50,568 bases of DNA from a virus (IMGVR_UViG_3300045929_000104:1-50568); one strand, 5' to 3'; positions 19,230-30,147 are shown, counted from the stretch's first letter. Translations and numbers: made by a program. Notes: generated by a model not told the origin, from the letters alone.

Positions 19230-20927
19230 ATGCCCCGCGCAGGCTCCCTCAACCTATCCCTCACGAATCTCGGCCGTGGGACGGTTGTGCTCAACCAAGC
19301 CGCGGAGTCGTTGCTACCTCGCGAGGCTCGTGTAAGCGGCCCCGCCACCCCCTTCACTGAGAACCTCCGCCTACTCTTCAGCCTCGCTAGCGTCCGCCCC
19401 GGCTTCTACGAGTACCACGAGATCCCCGACGACGCAGCTGGCGCCGTCAACGGGCTCTTCCTCGCCCACTTCGACGACGGGGAAACCGAACTCATCCGCG
19501 CGGATAAAGCGGGCATGTGGTACGACGAAGGGAGCGAGTTCGATCCAATCGTTGATCCCGATGACGTGATGCTGACGGGCGACGAGACCGATACGTGGTG
19601 CTTTGCGATGGTGGCTCGTGCGGGGGCGGAGTCACGCGCCAACCAGATGTTCACCTGTAACGGCGTCGATGATGTCTACAAGTACACCGGTGGCGGCGAT
19701 GATGCCGAAACCATGGATGACATTCAAGATTACTTGAAAGGTGCGAAAACCATCATCGGACACCGCGGGCGGGCGTTGTTTGGCAACGTTATCGATCAGA
19801 CGCTCGCGGGCACCCCACGCAAGACCACCCGCGTCTATTACTCCATCGTCGGCGATCCTGAGACGATTACCGGGCTGGGTGGTGGCTTCGTCGATCTCAA
19901 CGACGACGCCTACCCAATCGTCGCAGGTGCGACCATCGGCGGGAACGTCTGCATCTTCAAGGGGGATTCGGTTGGTGGGTCCATCGTCGTGGGTACGCCG
20001 ACGGGGATCGTGCAAGCGCCGTATCGCTGGGACACGATCAACACGAATGGCATTGGTGTGCTGTGCCCCCGCACCCTCGCACAGATCACCCCGGACCTTT
20101 ACTTCTTCGTTGGGCAGGATGGGTTCTACCTGTACGACGGCGCGCGGGGGATCCTACCAGTCGCCACCGAGATCACCAGTCGTGTGGTGAGCCGCATCAC
20201 TCCCTCATCGATCAACCTCGCCCACGCTATCTATCTCGGCGCGACTAAGGAGATGCTTGTCTACCTGCCTACCGACGGCTCCACCTACCCCAACGAGACG
20301 TGGGTGTTGCAGCTTGAGGAACGGCGGGTGTATGGCCCATATCGCCACGGGACGGCACTCACCGCGTCGTCGCTATTCGCTACCACCGGCCAGCTGACGT
20401 GGAGCGATCTCAGCGCGTATGGAACGTGGGAAGGGTTGCGGCTGGCGTTCAAGTCGTGGGCGTCGATGTTAGGTCAGGCGAGCGCGCGGTCGTTCATGTA
20501 TGGGGCATCGGACGGCCGGGTCGCCCACGACGACAACGGCGCCACGCAAACCGACTTCGACAACGCCATCACCGGCACCTACACCACCGCTGCGATCATC
20601 CCGACCGATATGTCCCTCCCCGACGGACGCATCCTCGATGAGCATACGATGCTTACGCTGCATGAAGTGGCCGTGCAGTTCAAGGACATCGGCCCGTGGG
20701 TACCGTCCGTTGAAGTCAGCCTCGACGGTGGCGATACCTGGACCACGATTAGCGATGGCAGCGTGGTGGGCAACGACTCCCCTACCAACCGTGTCATGAC
20801 CAAACGCTATTACACCCTCCTGCCGAGTACGTGGCATCAGGTCCGCGTGACCGGCAATCAGAACATGCAGCTGTGGGGGTTGACACTTGAGTTCATGCCC
20901 TCGGGCTCGAATAAGGCGCACGAATGA
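19230..20927 (+). CDS. Tail nozzle / DNA stabilisation protein (P22 gp10 / T7 gp12-like)
   Basis: 565 aa beta-propeller-like sequence (VRPG, CNGVD, HRGRALFG, GIGVLCPRT, FVGQDGFYLYDG) before the GNAT and ejection genes. Confidence 0.78.
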   Translation: MPRAGSLNLSLTNLGRGTVVLNQAAESLLPREARVSGPATPFTENLRLLFSLASVRPGFYEYHEIPDDAAGAVNGLFLAHFDDGETELIRADKAGMWYDEGSEFDPIVDPDDVMLTGDETDTWCFAMVARAGAESRANQMFTCNGVDDVYKYTGGGDDAETMDDIQDYLKGAKTIIGHRGRALFGNVIDQTLAGTPRKTTRVYYSIVGDPETITGLGGGFVDLNDDAYPIVAGATIGGNVCIFKGDSVGGSIVVGTPTGIVQAPYRWDTINTNGIGVLCPRTLAQITPDLYFFVGQDGFYLYDGARGILPVATEITSRVVSRITPSSINLAHAIYLGATKEMLVYLPTDGSTYPNETWVLQLEERRVYGPYRHGTALTASSLFATTGQLTWSDLSAYGTWEGLRLAFKSWASMLGQASARSFMYGASDGRVAHDDNGATQTDFDNAITGTYTTAAIIPTDMSLPDGRILDEHTMLTLHEVAVQFKDIGPWVPSVEVSLDGGDTWTTISDGSVVGNDSPTNRVMTKRYYTLLPSTWHQVRVTGNQNMQLWGLTLEFMPSGSNKAHE

Positions 20928-21427
20928 CGACTAAGGTAGCCGGGCTCTCTATCGTAAGTTGCAACGACATCAACGCGCACAAGACGCTCGCCCCCCGCGT
21001 ACAGGGCGTGCGCGAATTCTGGCCCGACGAGAACATGGATGTCAATCCTGGCGTCTGGTACGTCAGCCAGTTTTGCAATCCGCTGAACCTCATCTTCGAC
21101 ATCGAAGATGGGCGGGGGATGATTGCATTCCTGTACACGGTGCCGTCGTACCGCTCGCAGGTGTTCGTCGCGAAGTGGGATGAGACGTGCGAGATCGACG
21201 TTGAGACGTGGCGGTCCGCGGCGCAGATTGCCGTGATGACGCACGATCTCATCTGCATCGATGCATTCATCGGCCGGGATAACGTTGCCGCGCAGAAGTT
21301 GGCGGAGCGTGCGGGGATGCGGCGGCGTGGCATCGTGCGAGGGCAGGTGCACTACAAGGGCGAACCGGTTGATACCTACTGGTACGAGATCGACCGGGCG
21401 GAACTTGGTATTGAAGGGAAGGAGTAA
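20924..21427 (+). CDS. GNAT (RimJ/RimL-like) acetyltransferase-fold virion assembly protein
   Basis: DNVAAQKLAERAGMRRRGIVRG...D.YWY.I motif; canonical position in podovirus tail operons. Confidence 0.8.
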   Translation: MTTKVAGLSIVSCNDINAHKTLAPRVQGVREFWPDENMDVNPGVWYVSQFCNPLNLIFDIEDGRGMIAFLYTVPSYRSQVFVAKWDETCEIDVETWRSAAQIAVMTHDLICIDAFIGRDNVAAQKLAERAGMRRRGIVRGQVHYKGEPVDTYWYEIDRAELGIEGKE

Positions 21428-21430
21428 CTC

Positions 21431-22069
21431 ATGGCTTGGGCACCAATGGCAATCTCGGCTGGCTCCTCCCTCCTCGGCGGGATGATGAGCGGCAAGGGGC
21501 AGAAGAAGGCCGCCCCCGCACAGATCCCACCGCAACTCATGCCCCTCTTGAACGCCTTCACGCAGGCTGGTCAAATGGGCATGGGACAACTCGGCGGCGC
21601 GCTCCCCGGTATCTTCCAGGGCGGCATGCAGAACATGCAGCAGCAGGCGGCGACAGGCTTCCTCCCCGACTTCACCAAGCAGATCGAAGGGTACATGCGT
21701 CCCCAGATGGAGCGATCGTTCGATCAAGGGGCAGCCTCCTTGCGTGAACAGGCGGCGTTAACTGGCGGACTGAGCGGCAGCGGTCTCCAATTCCAGATGG
21801 GTCAGATGCGTGGGCAACTTGAATCGGGGCTGATGGAGCAGATGGCGAACATTTTCGGTGGTGCCCTGCCTGCTGCGATCTCGGCTCGTGCGGGCGCGAC
21901 GGAGCAGATGTTTGGCTTGCCTATGCAGATGTTGCAGCTGGGCGGTGCCGCGTTCGGCGCACCCTTCCAAAACCAGCAGTACCGCACGACACCATGGGGT
22001 GCGATGGGACAGGGGCTCATGGGGATTGCGCCCTCCTTGGCGAATTCGCAGCTGTGGAAGAAGAGTTGA
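21431..22069 (+). CDS. DNA ejection (pilot) protein, P22 gp7-like
   Basis: Gly/Ala/Gln/Met-rich; amphipathic N-terminus AISAGSSLLGGMM; AALTGGLSGSG motif. Confidence 0.7.
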   Translation: MAWAPMAISAGSSLLGGMMSGKGQKKAAPAQIPPQLMPLLNAFTQAGQMGMGQLGGALPGIFQGGMQNMQQQAATGFLPDFTKQIEGYMRPQMERSFDQGAASLREQAALTGGLSGSGLQFQMGQMRGQLESGLMEQMANIFGGALPAAISARAGATEQMFGLPMQMLQLGGAAFGAPFQNQQYRTTPWGAMGQGLMGIAPSLANSQLWKKS

Positions 22070-22077
22070 GGTGATCC

Positions 22078-23232
22078 ATGCCCATCTACGGTGAATCCCA
22101 AGACCCTTGGGGTAACGTCGGCAATGCCTGGATGGCTACGTTCAACGCCATCGGCAAGCAGCTTGAACAGAACCGCGAGCGGGAGAAGCGCGAGGTGGAT
22201 GAGGCTGCGAAGGAAGCGTCGGCTAAGCGGGCTGAACTGGAACAGATGGACCCGTCTGAACGATACGCCGCGTTGGAAGCGTACAAGAAGCGTTGGATGA
22301 AGGCGCCGATGCACGTACAGCAGGCGGTATCGCCCATCCTCGATGCTGAGTTCATGAAGGGCACTCCCGTACAGGCACAGCAGAAGGCGGCGAATGTTAA
22401 ACTCGTCGAAAGCGAGGCACGTGAGGGTAACTTACGCGGTGACATCATGGAGGGGAAGCCGAAGTCGCCCGAGGAGGAGGCGCAGCACAGTCTCCGCTTC
22501 ATCGGCGCACTTGAGCAGCGACTTGGATTGAAGCTCACCGACGACGACAAGAAGTACATCGCCGCGAATATTCCCATGGGGTCGCGGGGGTCGTCAAGTG
22601 AATTCGACGTTCATTTGAATCGCTTTCGAGATCAAGTCAACGCGGAAGCTGTCCCCGGCGGTAAGCCCGATCAGAAGATGTACGATTGGGGGCGCGAGAT
22701 CGGCTACACCCCGAAGGATGTCGATGAGGTGTACGCAACGGCTGCGAAGGAGAAGTCGCGTAAGGAGAGCGTTGCTAAGTCCGACGAACGCCCCGAGATC
22801 GACAAGGATTTCGCCGCGGCGGGCATGGGTAAGACGGGTGGTGTCAAGGAAACCAAGCGACAGATTGGTGCGGTTCAGGCGCGGTTACTTGGCACCCTTG
22901 GTTACGACATGGTCATGACCGGCGGCAAGGATGAAGAAGGCAACCCCGCCATGATCTCCAAGAAGGAGATCCCCGCCGAGGCGTATGCGATGACGCGTCT
23001 ACAGGCGATCAAGGAGGTTGTCGGTAGCAATCCTAAGCTGCTCGCCGCCATCAAGAAGCACATGCCGGGGGAGTTGGCAGGGACGGGATTGGAAGGGGAG
23101 TCGGCTGCTGCACCTGCCACCCCCGCCGCCAACATCGATGACATCATGGGCGAGTTGAACCGCCGCGCCGCTGAGAAGGACGGTGCATCCAAGTCTAAGA
23201 AACCCACGTCGAACTACGTCGAGAAGAGATAG
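22078..23232 (+). CDS. Internal virion / ejection protein
   Basis: Helical, charged 384-aa protein between pilot and large ejection protein. Confidence 0.65.
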   Translation: MPIYGESQDPWGNVGNAWMATFNAIGKQLEQNREREKREVDEAAKEASAKRAELEQMDPSERYAALEAYKKRWMKAPMHVQQAVSPILDAEFMKGTPVQAQQKAANVKLVESEAREGNLRGDIMEGKPKSPEEEAQHSLRFIGALEQRLGLKLTDDDKKYIAANIPMGSRGSSSEFDVHLNRFRDQVNAEAVPGGKPDQKMYDWGREIGYTPKDVDEVYATAAKEKSRKESVAKSDERPEIDKDFAAAGMGKTGGVKETKRQIGAVQARLLGTLGYDMVMTGGKDEEGNPAMISKKEIPAEAYAMTRLQAIKEVVGSNPKLLAAIKKHMPGELAGTGLEGESAAAPATPAANIDDIMGELNRRAAEKDGASKSKKPTSNYVEKR

Positions 23233-23237
23233 CACCC

Positions 23238-26200
23238 ATGCCCGCCTTCACCGACGATCAGCTGCTACGCGTCCCAGCGAACCAACTGCATCTCCTTACA
23301 GATGAAGAGGTTGGTCGGCTGGCCGACATGCGGCAGCGTGAGAAGCACAAGGAAGAGTCTCGTCAACGCTACACACGCTTGGTCACCGGCGGGGAGGACC
23401 GCGCGCCAACTGCCGAGGGTACGGTCGATGTGCGTACCGGTGCCATGGCTACGGTGCGGGATTGGAAAGATCAGCAATTAGGCGCTGCCAAGCGTGCCGT
23501 GACCGCGGCCAAGACTGACCCGGTGGGTACGGCGACCAAGCTTGCTAACGGCGTCGTCGAGATGGTCGGCCAGATGGCTACCCTCCCTGAGCGCATGGTC
23601 ATGCCTAATCGTGGTTCGGGGAGTTACAAATCCTGGCGCGCCGCGTGGTGGGAGGATATCGCCGCCGCATTCAACGTAGATCCGCACGAAGCAGGGCTGA
23701 CCGATGCTGACCTTGCTCAATCACGTGAACAGGCTGAGCAGGGGAGTGCGCTGCACACCGCCGGTCAGTTGGCGAAGGAAGTCGCCATGACCGGTGTGAC
23801 CATTGCTAACCCTGGTGTGGGCATGGCCCTCATGGGCGCCGAGATCGCACCACATTGGGGGGAGGTGTTGGAGAACGCACCTGAGACGTACCTGATGGCG
23901 GTGGGGGTGCCGCTCGCTGTCAAGACTGGCAAGAGTGCGTTGGGGATGGTCAATGGTCGGGCTGCACAGGCTGTTACGGATGTGATACCCCCCATATCCA
24001 AAGGTCAGGCTGACCGCCTTATCCAGATCCAGGCGCGTCAGTACGCCTTCCACTTCAGCGAACAGAATGCTCCCAAGTTTGATCCTGCAACTGGTAAGGT
24101 GGTTAGCGCGCCGGTCTACGATCAACCAGTAGCAGGAGCACAACGCCCCCTCCCGCTCGACTATCAGAAGATGGGGCCGAGTCCGTACACGCTTCCCGAA
24201 GAACCTACCATATCCAAGGCTGCTCAGGTTGGTCGTGAGCCTTCTCAGCGTAATCTTGAGACGCTAGCCGAAGCCAAGCGCATCATCAACGAAGCCTACC
24301 CAACCATGCCGTTGGAGAGTACTTCCCCCTTGGCCATCGTTGAACAGGCGAACGGTATCCTTGAGCAGCGTCGGGCGCGGCAGGTGTCCATGTTCCCAGC
24401 TGCGCGAATCCACAGCCCCAAGACGCTCGTGCTTGAGGATGTGCCGCCGCTGGTACCTGAGTCACCCGCGCCACGTCCACACGTTGAGTACACTCGTCAG
24501 CCTAGCCTGCCATTCGAAGGCGGGGCAGAGATTCAAGGTCGCTTCCCGTTTGACCGAAACGAGATCCCGTCGCTCGCACTGAAAGCACAAGCCGTCATCG
24601 AAACCCCACCCTCGCAGATGGTGGATAGTGTCGTCAACGGTGGGCAGGCTGCTCAGGACATGAGCGGCGGCATGGGCATGGTCATCGATAGCGTGGCTGC
24701 CTCCTTCGCCAAGGCGTCGATGGCGCCCGAGTCGGCGATCTTGAACGCCGCACTTAAGGATGCTGATGCGTTGCTAGGTGGTCGCGTCATATGGTGGAAG
24801 CCGCAGTTCTCGTACCTCCGTGGCATCGCCCCTGACCTGCTCGCCAAGTTCATGGGCGCGGTGAGTGTCAAGCAGAACGTCCGCAACACCTTTATGACGA
24901 AGCGCGTCGAACCGTGGATGAAGAAGACGGTTCGTAACACGGAGACGTTGCACGATGTCGCACGCCTGATGATCGATCAGCAGGCGCGGGATATGAAGGC
25001 GGCAGGCGGGCAGGGGAATCTATCCCACATAAAGACATTGACCGATGAGCAGCGTACAGAGATCATGCTGCGACCGGGACGCAAGCAAGCGGTGGATGAG
25101 TATTTGAAGAAGATCCTCCCCGAGTTCAACGCATGGCGGCAGGCGATGGGGCATGAGGTTGATCCCGCGCAGGCGTACTGGCCCATGCGCGCATTCGACC
25201 CGAAGCGCCACAAGGGGAAGCTGCGCTACGATGTCGAGTCGGGGGCGCTGTTGACAGCAGGGGAGGTGCGGGTCAAGGGGATGCGCTCCTCCACCGGCGT
25301 GACCAAGAAGAGGTACATCGCCGAACGGGAGGCGGGGTCCGAACATGCGCGCACCGGCACCGCATCCGCCTACCTAGCCGATCCGTGGACGCTGTTCGAA
25401 GAGGAGATGGTTGAGCGGGTGGGGGCGGTTAAGACACGCGAACTCAAGTCGGCTGTGTTACGTGAATCCATCAAGCCCGAAGACCTCATCGACGACGAAG
25501 GGTATACCAAGCCGACGGTTACATGGCGCGGGGCGAAGGTCGAACCCGCCACCATCAAGTTCAGCCATTTCGACGAGGCGGGGACGGAGACGTTGCAGGC
25601 GGTTACGGTCCCGCAACCTCTGCAAGCCGCTTACGATGTCGTGATGGATATGGCGCGCCGTGGCGAGCATGGCGGCGCGCTGATGCATCTGCTGAATGAT
25701 ACCGTCATCGAGCAACAGTTGCGGGGGGTTGCGGAGCCCATCGCGCATTCGCTGACTGCCGCCGCTGGTCTCATGGAAAGCCCGCATCTCGACAAGGTGA
25801 TGACGAGTCCGGTTCGCAAGGCACTCGCGCACTACTGGATCACCCGCCTCCCTGCGATCCTGTGGGAAGTCAAGAAGATGGCAGGGCCGGAGATCGCAGC
25901 GCAGGCGAAGATGGCGCGGGAACTCGGCGCGTTCCGTGCGAAGGAGCGGAAGGTCAGCCTACCCAGTGAGCGTGAAGTCGCCATCACCAAACTTGGCCGC
26001 GAAATGGGCAAGGCGGTGGGGCTGCCGTTCAAGTTCATGCGGGATGTGGTGTTCGGCGACATGGTGGAGTCGCAAGAGGGGATCGGCGGGCTTGAGCATC
26101 GGTTGAAGTTGCTGCAGGCGCGGGCGATTCATGTCGGTGAGGGAGTACCATTCGCCGAAGCCCTCCACAAGGCGAATGAATTCGGTGGTACCTACGTCAC

Positions 26201-27320
26201 TGCGATGGCACCGAAGATGGCACAGCTTTTACGTGGTGTACCTATCGCAGGAGATGCGTTCGCCTCCACGATGACGGCTGGTTTGCGCTTAGGGGCGAGT
26301 ACTTTTGCAGGTATCCCCATCGTAGGTAGCGGACCGGCTGGGTTGGTGCGCGGCACGGTGAAGGGATTGCAAGCGCGGTCGGCGGCAGTGGGCGCCAAGG
26401 AGTTCGTCAACCAGACCATCCACCGCGCGCAGTGGCGGAACGCTACCGAGATGGTTGCTGGCATCTACGGCACGCACATGATGATGACCTACATGCTGCA
26501 TGGCAAGTGGCCGTGGCAGATGCCGGATCACGGGGTGAGAGGAGTACAGGTGTACCCCATCCCGTCGATGGGGATTGGCAAGGAGGATGACAAGCCCGCA
26601 TACCTGCCGTTGCGATACTGCATGCCCGCTACGTCGCGCTTCCTGTCGATGACCGGTGTGAAGGCGGCTTATGAGGGGATCGCAGATGGCGACCGTAGCT
26701 TCGATGCCATCTCAAAGGACATGATCCTCGGCGCGACGAATGCTTGGTTGCGGCGGTTCGGTACGGGCGGTGGACGGCAGGTATGGACGCTGGCAACGGG
26801 TCGCAAGGTCTCGCTATCCAAAGACTACGAGCAATACCGTGCCGCCGAGGACAGCGCGAATTGGGATCGTGTGATCTCGTCACGCATCAAGGCGGCGGCG
26901 TCTGAGGTGCTTCCCTTCGCTGAGAGCACGCTGAGCATAAAAGATGCCTACGCACACGGCGAGGGACCGTACACATCGAGTACAATGAACAAGATACAGG
27001 CGACCTTGGGAATGTTTGGGTTTGAACTGCCGAGTGGGCCGACGGCGACGCGTATTGCCGCTAAGCCGCTTACCGATCAGCGGAGGTTGGCGAACAGTGT
27101 GGGTGAGGGGATCGTATTCGAGGCAAGTCGTAAGTTTGCCGCCGATCCAAAAGCGGAAGTCGAATACACCAACAAGCGGCTACGTGAGGAGATGGATAAG
27201 TTTACTGACCCGGCGGCGCGGATCTGGTTGTTCAAGCTGGTGATGGACAACGGCTTGAAGCAGAAGATCAAGTTGCAAGTGACGGCGGCTCAGGCGCAGG
27301 CGATGGCGGAGGGGAACTGA
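23238..27320 (+). CDS. Large internal virion / ejection protein (1360 aa)
   Basis: Last gene of the virion operon; helical with amphipathic Gly/Ala segments; YWPM motif; no catalytic domain recognised. Confidence 0.7.
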   Translation: MPAFTDDQLLRVPANQLHLLTDEEVGRLADMRQREKHKEESRQRYTRLVTGGEDRAPTAEGTVDVRTGAMATVRDWKDQQLGAAKRAVTAAKTDPVGTATKLANGVVEMVGQMATLPERMVMPNRGSGSYKSWRAAWWEDIAAAFNVDPHEAGLTDADLAQSREQAEQGSALHTAGQLAKEVAMTGVTIANPGVGMALMGAEIAPHWGEVLENAPETYLMAVGVPLAVKTGKSALGMVNGRAAQAVTDVIPPISKGQADRLIQIQARQYAFHFSEQNAPKFDPATGKVVSAPVYDQPVAGAQRPLPLDYQKMGPSPYTLPEEPTISKAAQVGREPSQRNLETLAEAKRIINEAYPTMPLESTSPLAIVEQANGILEQRRARQVSMFPAARIHSPKTLVLEDVPPLVPESPAPRPHVEYTRQPSLPFEGGAEIQGRFPFDRNEIPSLALKAQAVIETPPSQMVDSVVNGGQAAQDMSGGMGMVIDSVAASFAKASMAPESAILNAALKDADALLGGRVIWWKPQFSYLRGIAPDLLAKFMGAVSVKQNVRNTFMTKRVEPWMKKTVRNTETLHDVARLMIDQQARDMKAAGGQGNLSHIKTLTDEQRTEIMLRPGRKQAVDEYLKKILPEFNAWRQAMGHEVDPAQAYWPMRAFDPKRHKGKLRYDVESGALLTAGEVRVKGMRSSTGVTKKRYIAEREAGSEHARTGTASAYLADPWTLFEEEMVERVGAVKTRELKSAVLRESIKPEDLIDDEGYTKPTVTWRGAKVEPATIKFSHFDEAGTETLQAVTVPQPLQAAYDVVMDMARRGEHGGALMHLLNDTVIEQQLRGVAEPIAHSLTAAAGLMESPHLDKVMTSPVRKALAHYWITRLPAILWEVKKMAGPEIAAQAKMARELGAFRAKERKVSLPSEREVAITKLGREMGKAVGLPFKFMRDVVFGDMVESQEGIGGLEHRLKLLQARAIHVGEGVPFAEALHKANEFGGTYVTAMAPKMAQLLRGVPIAGDAFASTMTAGLRLGASTFAGIPIVGSGPAGLVRGTVKGLQARSAAVGAKEFVNQTIHRAQWRNATEMVAGIYGTHMMMTYMLHGKWPWQMPDHGVRGVQVYPIPSMGIGKEDDKPAYLPLRYCMPATSRFLSMTGVKAAYEGIADGDRSFDAISKDMILGATNAWLRRFGTGGGRQVWTLATGRKVSLSKDYEQYRAAEDSANWDRVISSRIKAAASEVLPFAESTLSIKDAYAHGEGPYTSSTMNKIQATLGMFGFELPSGPTATRIAAKPLTDQRRLANSVGEGIVFEASRKFAADPKAEVEYTNKRLREEMDKFTDPAARIWLFKLVMDNGLKQKIKLQVTAAQAQAMAEGN

Positions 27321-27444
27321 CGAGCGGGGTGGGGAGGCAACAGTTACGACATGTTGCGCCGTGGCCTTCGTAGGCCGACATCCTCCCGCATTCGTCGCAC
27401 TCGCTGACGATGGCGTCGAGTTCACGGACGTACCACCAACTCAT
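27268..27444 (-). CDS. Small Zn-finger protein
   Basis: ATGA-coupled MSWWYVRELD...CDECG...CRNC; overlaps the 3' end of the convergent ejection gene. Confidence 0.45.
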   Translation of the reverse strand: MSWWYVRELDAIVSECDECGRMSAYEGHGATCRNCCLPTPLVSSPPPSPAPEPPSLAT

Positions 27445-27638
27445 GCCGCCATACCGTCGTGATTCATCCGCAACGTCGTCATGAACTTCCCTACCTTCTC
27501 GCTGCAGGATAGGCATAGCACATACCGTTGACTCCACTGCACCACCCAAGGCCAACCGTTGCGGCGGATCTTGATGGTGGTGTGGGCGCGACCTTTTAGG
27601 CGAGCGGTGCAGATGTGGCAGACCGTATTGCGGTGCAT
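27441..27638 (-). CDS. Small Zn-finger protein
   Basis: CHIC...CLSC; SD upstream. Confidence 0.6.
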   Translation of the reverse strand: MHRNTVCHICTARLKGRAHTTIKIRRNGWPWVVQWSQRYVLCLSCSEKVGKFMTTLRMNHDGMAA

Positions 27639-27644
27639 GGTTGG

Positions 27645-27947
27645 CTACTTCCCCTCCTTGATCTCGCGAAGCACGATACGAGCCTGCACGCAGTCAGGAT
27701 GCCCGCACCGCGGTTCACGCATGCATGGCTTGTACGCCCGCCTCACAATCTCCACCACACGCTTGCGTTCGGCGGCGATGCCGTCGCGGTGGCCCGCTTC
27801 GTAGCCGGTGATCGTGTCGGCGTTGACCTCTGGCGCTATCTGGACGTGACGCTTCACGCCGAAGTCCTTCGTGCGCGCCATCAGGTCTTTGGCCTCGTCG
27901 CGCGTGAGCGGGCCGAACGTCACTCTGCCTACGAAGTTGTCACTCAC
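27645..27947 (-). CDS. Hypothetical protein
   Basis: GTGA-coupled; GYEAGHRDGIAAERKRVVEI motif common in phage early/middle proteins. Confidence 0.7.
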   Translation of the reverse strand: MSDNFVGRVTFGPLTRDEAKDLMARTKDFGVKRHVQIAPEVNADTITGYEAGHRDGIAAERKRVVEIVRRAYKPCMREPRCGHPDCVQARIVLREIKEGK

Positions 27948-28123
27948 CGCCCGCCCTCCTCGACCGCGCGCCACTCGCCAGGTAACGCGTACTGCGTTGT
28001 GGCGACGACTCTCCCGAGTGACAGGGTGTGCGATTCCAGGCTATAGATGAACATCCAGCCGTCGCTGACGCCGCACTCGGCACCACAGCGAATCGCCCAC
28101 TCCCGCGCTTCCTGCTCGGTCAT
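27944..28123 (-). CDS. Hypothetical protein (59 aa, below the ORF-track cutoff)
   Basis: ATGA/GTGA coupling at both ends; MTEQEAREWAIRCG... Confidence 0.6.
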   Translation of the reverse strand: MTEQEAREWAIRCGAECGVSDGWMFIYSLESHTLSLGRVVATTQYALPGEWRAVEEGGR

Positions 28124-28446
28124 GCGAAAACCCGCCGCACAAGCACCGCGATCTCCTCGGGGAACGTGCCGTCAAAATCAACAGCACCGTGGCCAAGCGA
28201 CTCCTTCAGGTGCGCCGCGTAGTGCAGCCGCCCGTCATACCGCACCGACACGGAGCACACTCCACGATTGCGCGGGTTGTACCATTCGATGCTGGTGTCA
28301 CCGTCCTCCTCACCGCTAACCTCGAAATCTTCACGTAGATCGTCGGGAAGCACGGCCAGTAGTTGCACCGCCTGGGCGGCCGATGCCGCAAGGCGCGTTA
28401 CGGTCTGAACAGCCCGCGCATACGCTGACATCACAGGCTCGCTCAC
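28120..28446 (-). CDS. Hypothetical protein
   Basis: Coupled ORF; EEDGDTSIEWY motif. Confidence 0.7.
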   Translation of the reverse strand: MSEPVMSAYARAVQTVTRLAASAAQAVQLLAVLPDDLREDFEVSGEEDGDTSIEWYNPRNRGVCSVSVRYDGRLHYAAHLKESLGHGAVDFDGTFPEEIAVLVRRVFA

Positions 28447-28549
28447 TTCCCCTCCCCTTCGCCGTGCTCGTCGGCCTTCACAGGCGGTCGCGCCCTCTCC
28501 TGCTGCTCACGTAGCCACTTGGTCCGCGAACCCCACTTCGACAGGTCGC

Positions 28550-29923
28550 TCACGACTCCACCTCGTCGGCCAGGATGACCTTGACGCGCTGTCCCGGACT
28601 AATCGGTGACGCATCGCCGTTGAATTCGATTGCCAGGAAACCTTTGCTGCCCACTACACCAACGCTGTCGATCTCGCCCGTCACCACCACCTCGCCCTGG
28701 GCGGCGCGCAGGTTGGCAATCGCACGCTCGGCTTCCTCGTCTACGCTGAATCCAGACCCAGGAGCCCCGGTGACCGCGGCAATGAGGCGCCACAATAGAT
28801 CGTTGCGACTTGCGTAGGCGGCACGAGCGTCTAGACTCATCGACTTCCAGATAGCTGGCGTCAGTTTGCCTTCGCCCTTGAGTCGTTCTAGCTCCGCTTG
28901 CAGCCTCTCCACCTCCCCGCGCAGCCGGTCGATCTCCTTCTCGGCTAAGGCGGCATGTTCCTCAGCCCGCTCTCGTGCTCGCTGCTCCACGTCCCGCTGC
29001 GCCTCAAGCTGCTCGCGCACGTTCGTCAGCCCCGTACCGTCCTCAAGCGCCTTGACCTCGCCGCGCTCTAGTTCGAGTTCAGCGCGCAGCCGCTCGATTT
29101 CGGCGTCGGCCTCGCGCTGGATCATCAGCAGGCGTGCCCGCTCCATCGGCCAGCCCTGCGCGTTGTGGAGCACATCACGCTCGGCCTTCCATTTCGTCGC
29201 GTCCGCCTCCGCCCGCTCGCACCGTTCGCGGAGGGTGGTGATCTCGGTCCCCATCGAGATAGAGGCCGCGTGCAGGTCTACACACTCCAGCTTCGAGCGC
29301 AGCAGATTCGCCTGCAACCCCTCACACAGCTCGGCCAGGGCGTTGTGATGCTCGACCGCCTGTAGCTTGTCGATTCGCCGTCCGTCTTCCCCGACGATCA
29401 CAGGCGAGCGTTGCAAGGTGATGTGCCACCGCTCGACCCTCCCGCCCTGCGGTGGGGTGGCGATACCGTGCTCAGGATCGGGAATGCACATTCCGGTCTG
29501 GTCGGTCGCACGGTGCTTCGCTGGGGCCAGCGCACAAAACTTATTCACACAAAGCGCCGGGCTTCCACCGACTTCCCCGGTACCTCCTGACTGTCCGTTC
29601 AACGGCGTCTGCGCTCCCTGACAGCAGCTGGGCACCGTACGGTTCAAGCCGATTCCTGCTGACGCCTCCGCAGGAGGTACCGGGGAATGTTCACGTGCCG
29701 GGCTTCCACCGGCTGCGGGCGCCTCGGCGGCGACACCCTCTGCCACCGTCGGGACGTGGCTCCCCACCCCGCCGGGCATCTCCACGCTCGTATGCTCCGC
29801 GACGAGGCGTTCAATCCGCTCCCGATACCGTGTGCGAATGAAACAACCGTCCTCGTCGCTCATCCCCTCCCACACCTTCGCCCAGTCGATTCGGTGGTGG
29901 GGGGTCATTCTATCGCCCCACAT
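28550..29923 (-). CDS. Mosaic coiled-coil protein (Ead/Ea22-like accessory)
   Basis: Low-complexity N-terminal half followed by repeated EIERLR coiled-coil motifs. Confidence 0.6.
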   Translation of the reverse strand: MWGDRMTPHHRIDWAKVWEGMSDEDGCFIRTRYRERIERLVAEHTSVEMPGGVGSHVPTVAEGVAAEAPAAGGSPAREHSPVPPAEASAGIGLNRTVPSCCQGAQTPLNGQSGGTGEVGGSPALCVNKFCALAPAKHRATDQTGMCIPDPEHGIATPPQGGRVERWHITLQRSPVIVGEDGRRIDKLQAVEHHNALAELCEGLQANLLRSKLECVDLHAASISMGTEITTLRERCERAEADATKWKAERDVLHNAQGWPMERARLLMIQREADAEIERLRAELELERGEVKALEDGTGLTNVREQLEAQRDVEQRARERAEEHAALAEKEIDRLRGEVERLQAELERLKGEGKLTPAIWKSMSLDARAAYASRNDLLWRLIAAVTGAPGSGFSVDEEAERAIANLRAAQGEVVVTGEIDSVGVVGSKGFLAIEFNGDASPISPGQRVKVILADEVES

Positions 29924-30147
29924 TCACGAGCGGCGGCGTGCAACAAGTCCCCTTCGTGACAATCCAAAGGATCTTCAGCACACACGGGACAACGTAGGGA
30001 ATGGCTATAGGCCGCACGCAACGCATCTAGTTGGTTGGCTAGGGTTGCAATGGCAGCATCCCTCTCCTCGATGGTGGAGATGGCTTCCTGCCACAGCGGC
30101 CCGCCAGCCACCTTACGCAACCTCGCCAACACATCATCGCTAGACAT
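29905..30147 (-). CDS. Hypothetical protein
   Basis: GAGGGAGG SD; DVLARLR...EAISTIE...CPVC. Confidence 0.7.
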   Translation of the reverse strand: MSSDDVLARLRKVAGGPLWQEAISTIEERDAAIATLANQLDALRAAYSHSLRCPVCAEDPLDCHEGDLLHAAARECGAIE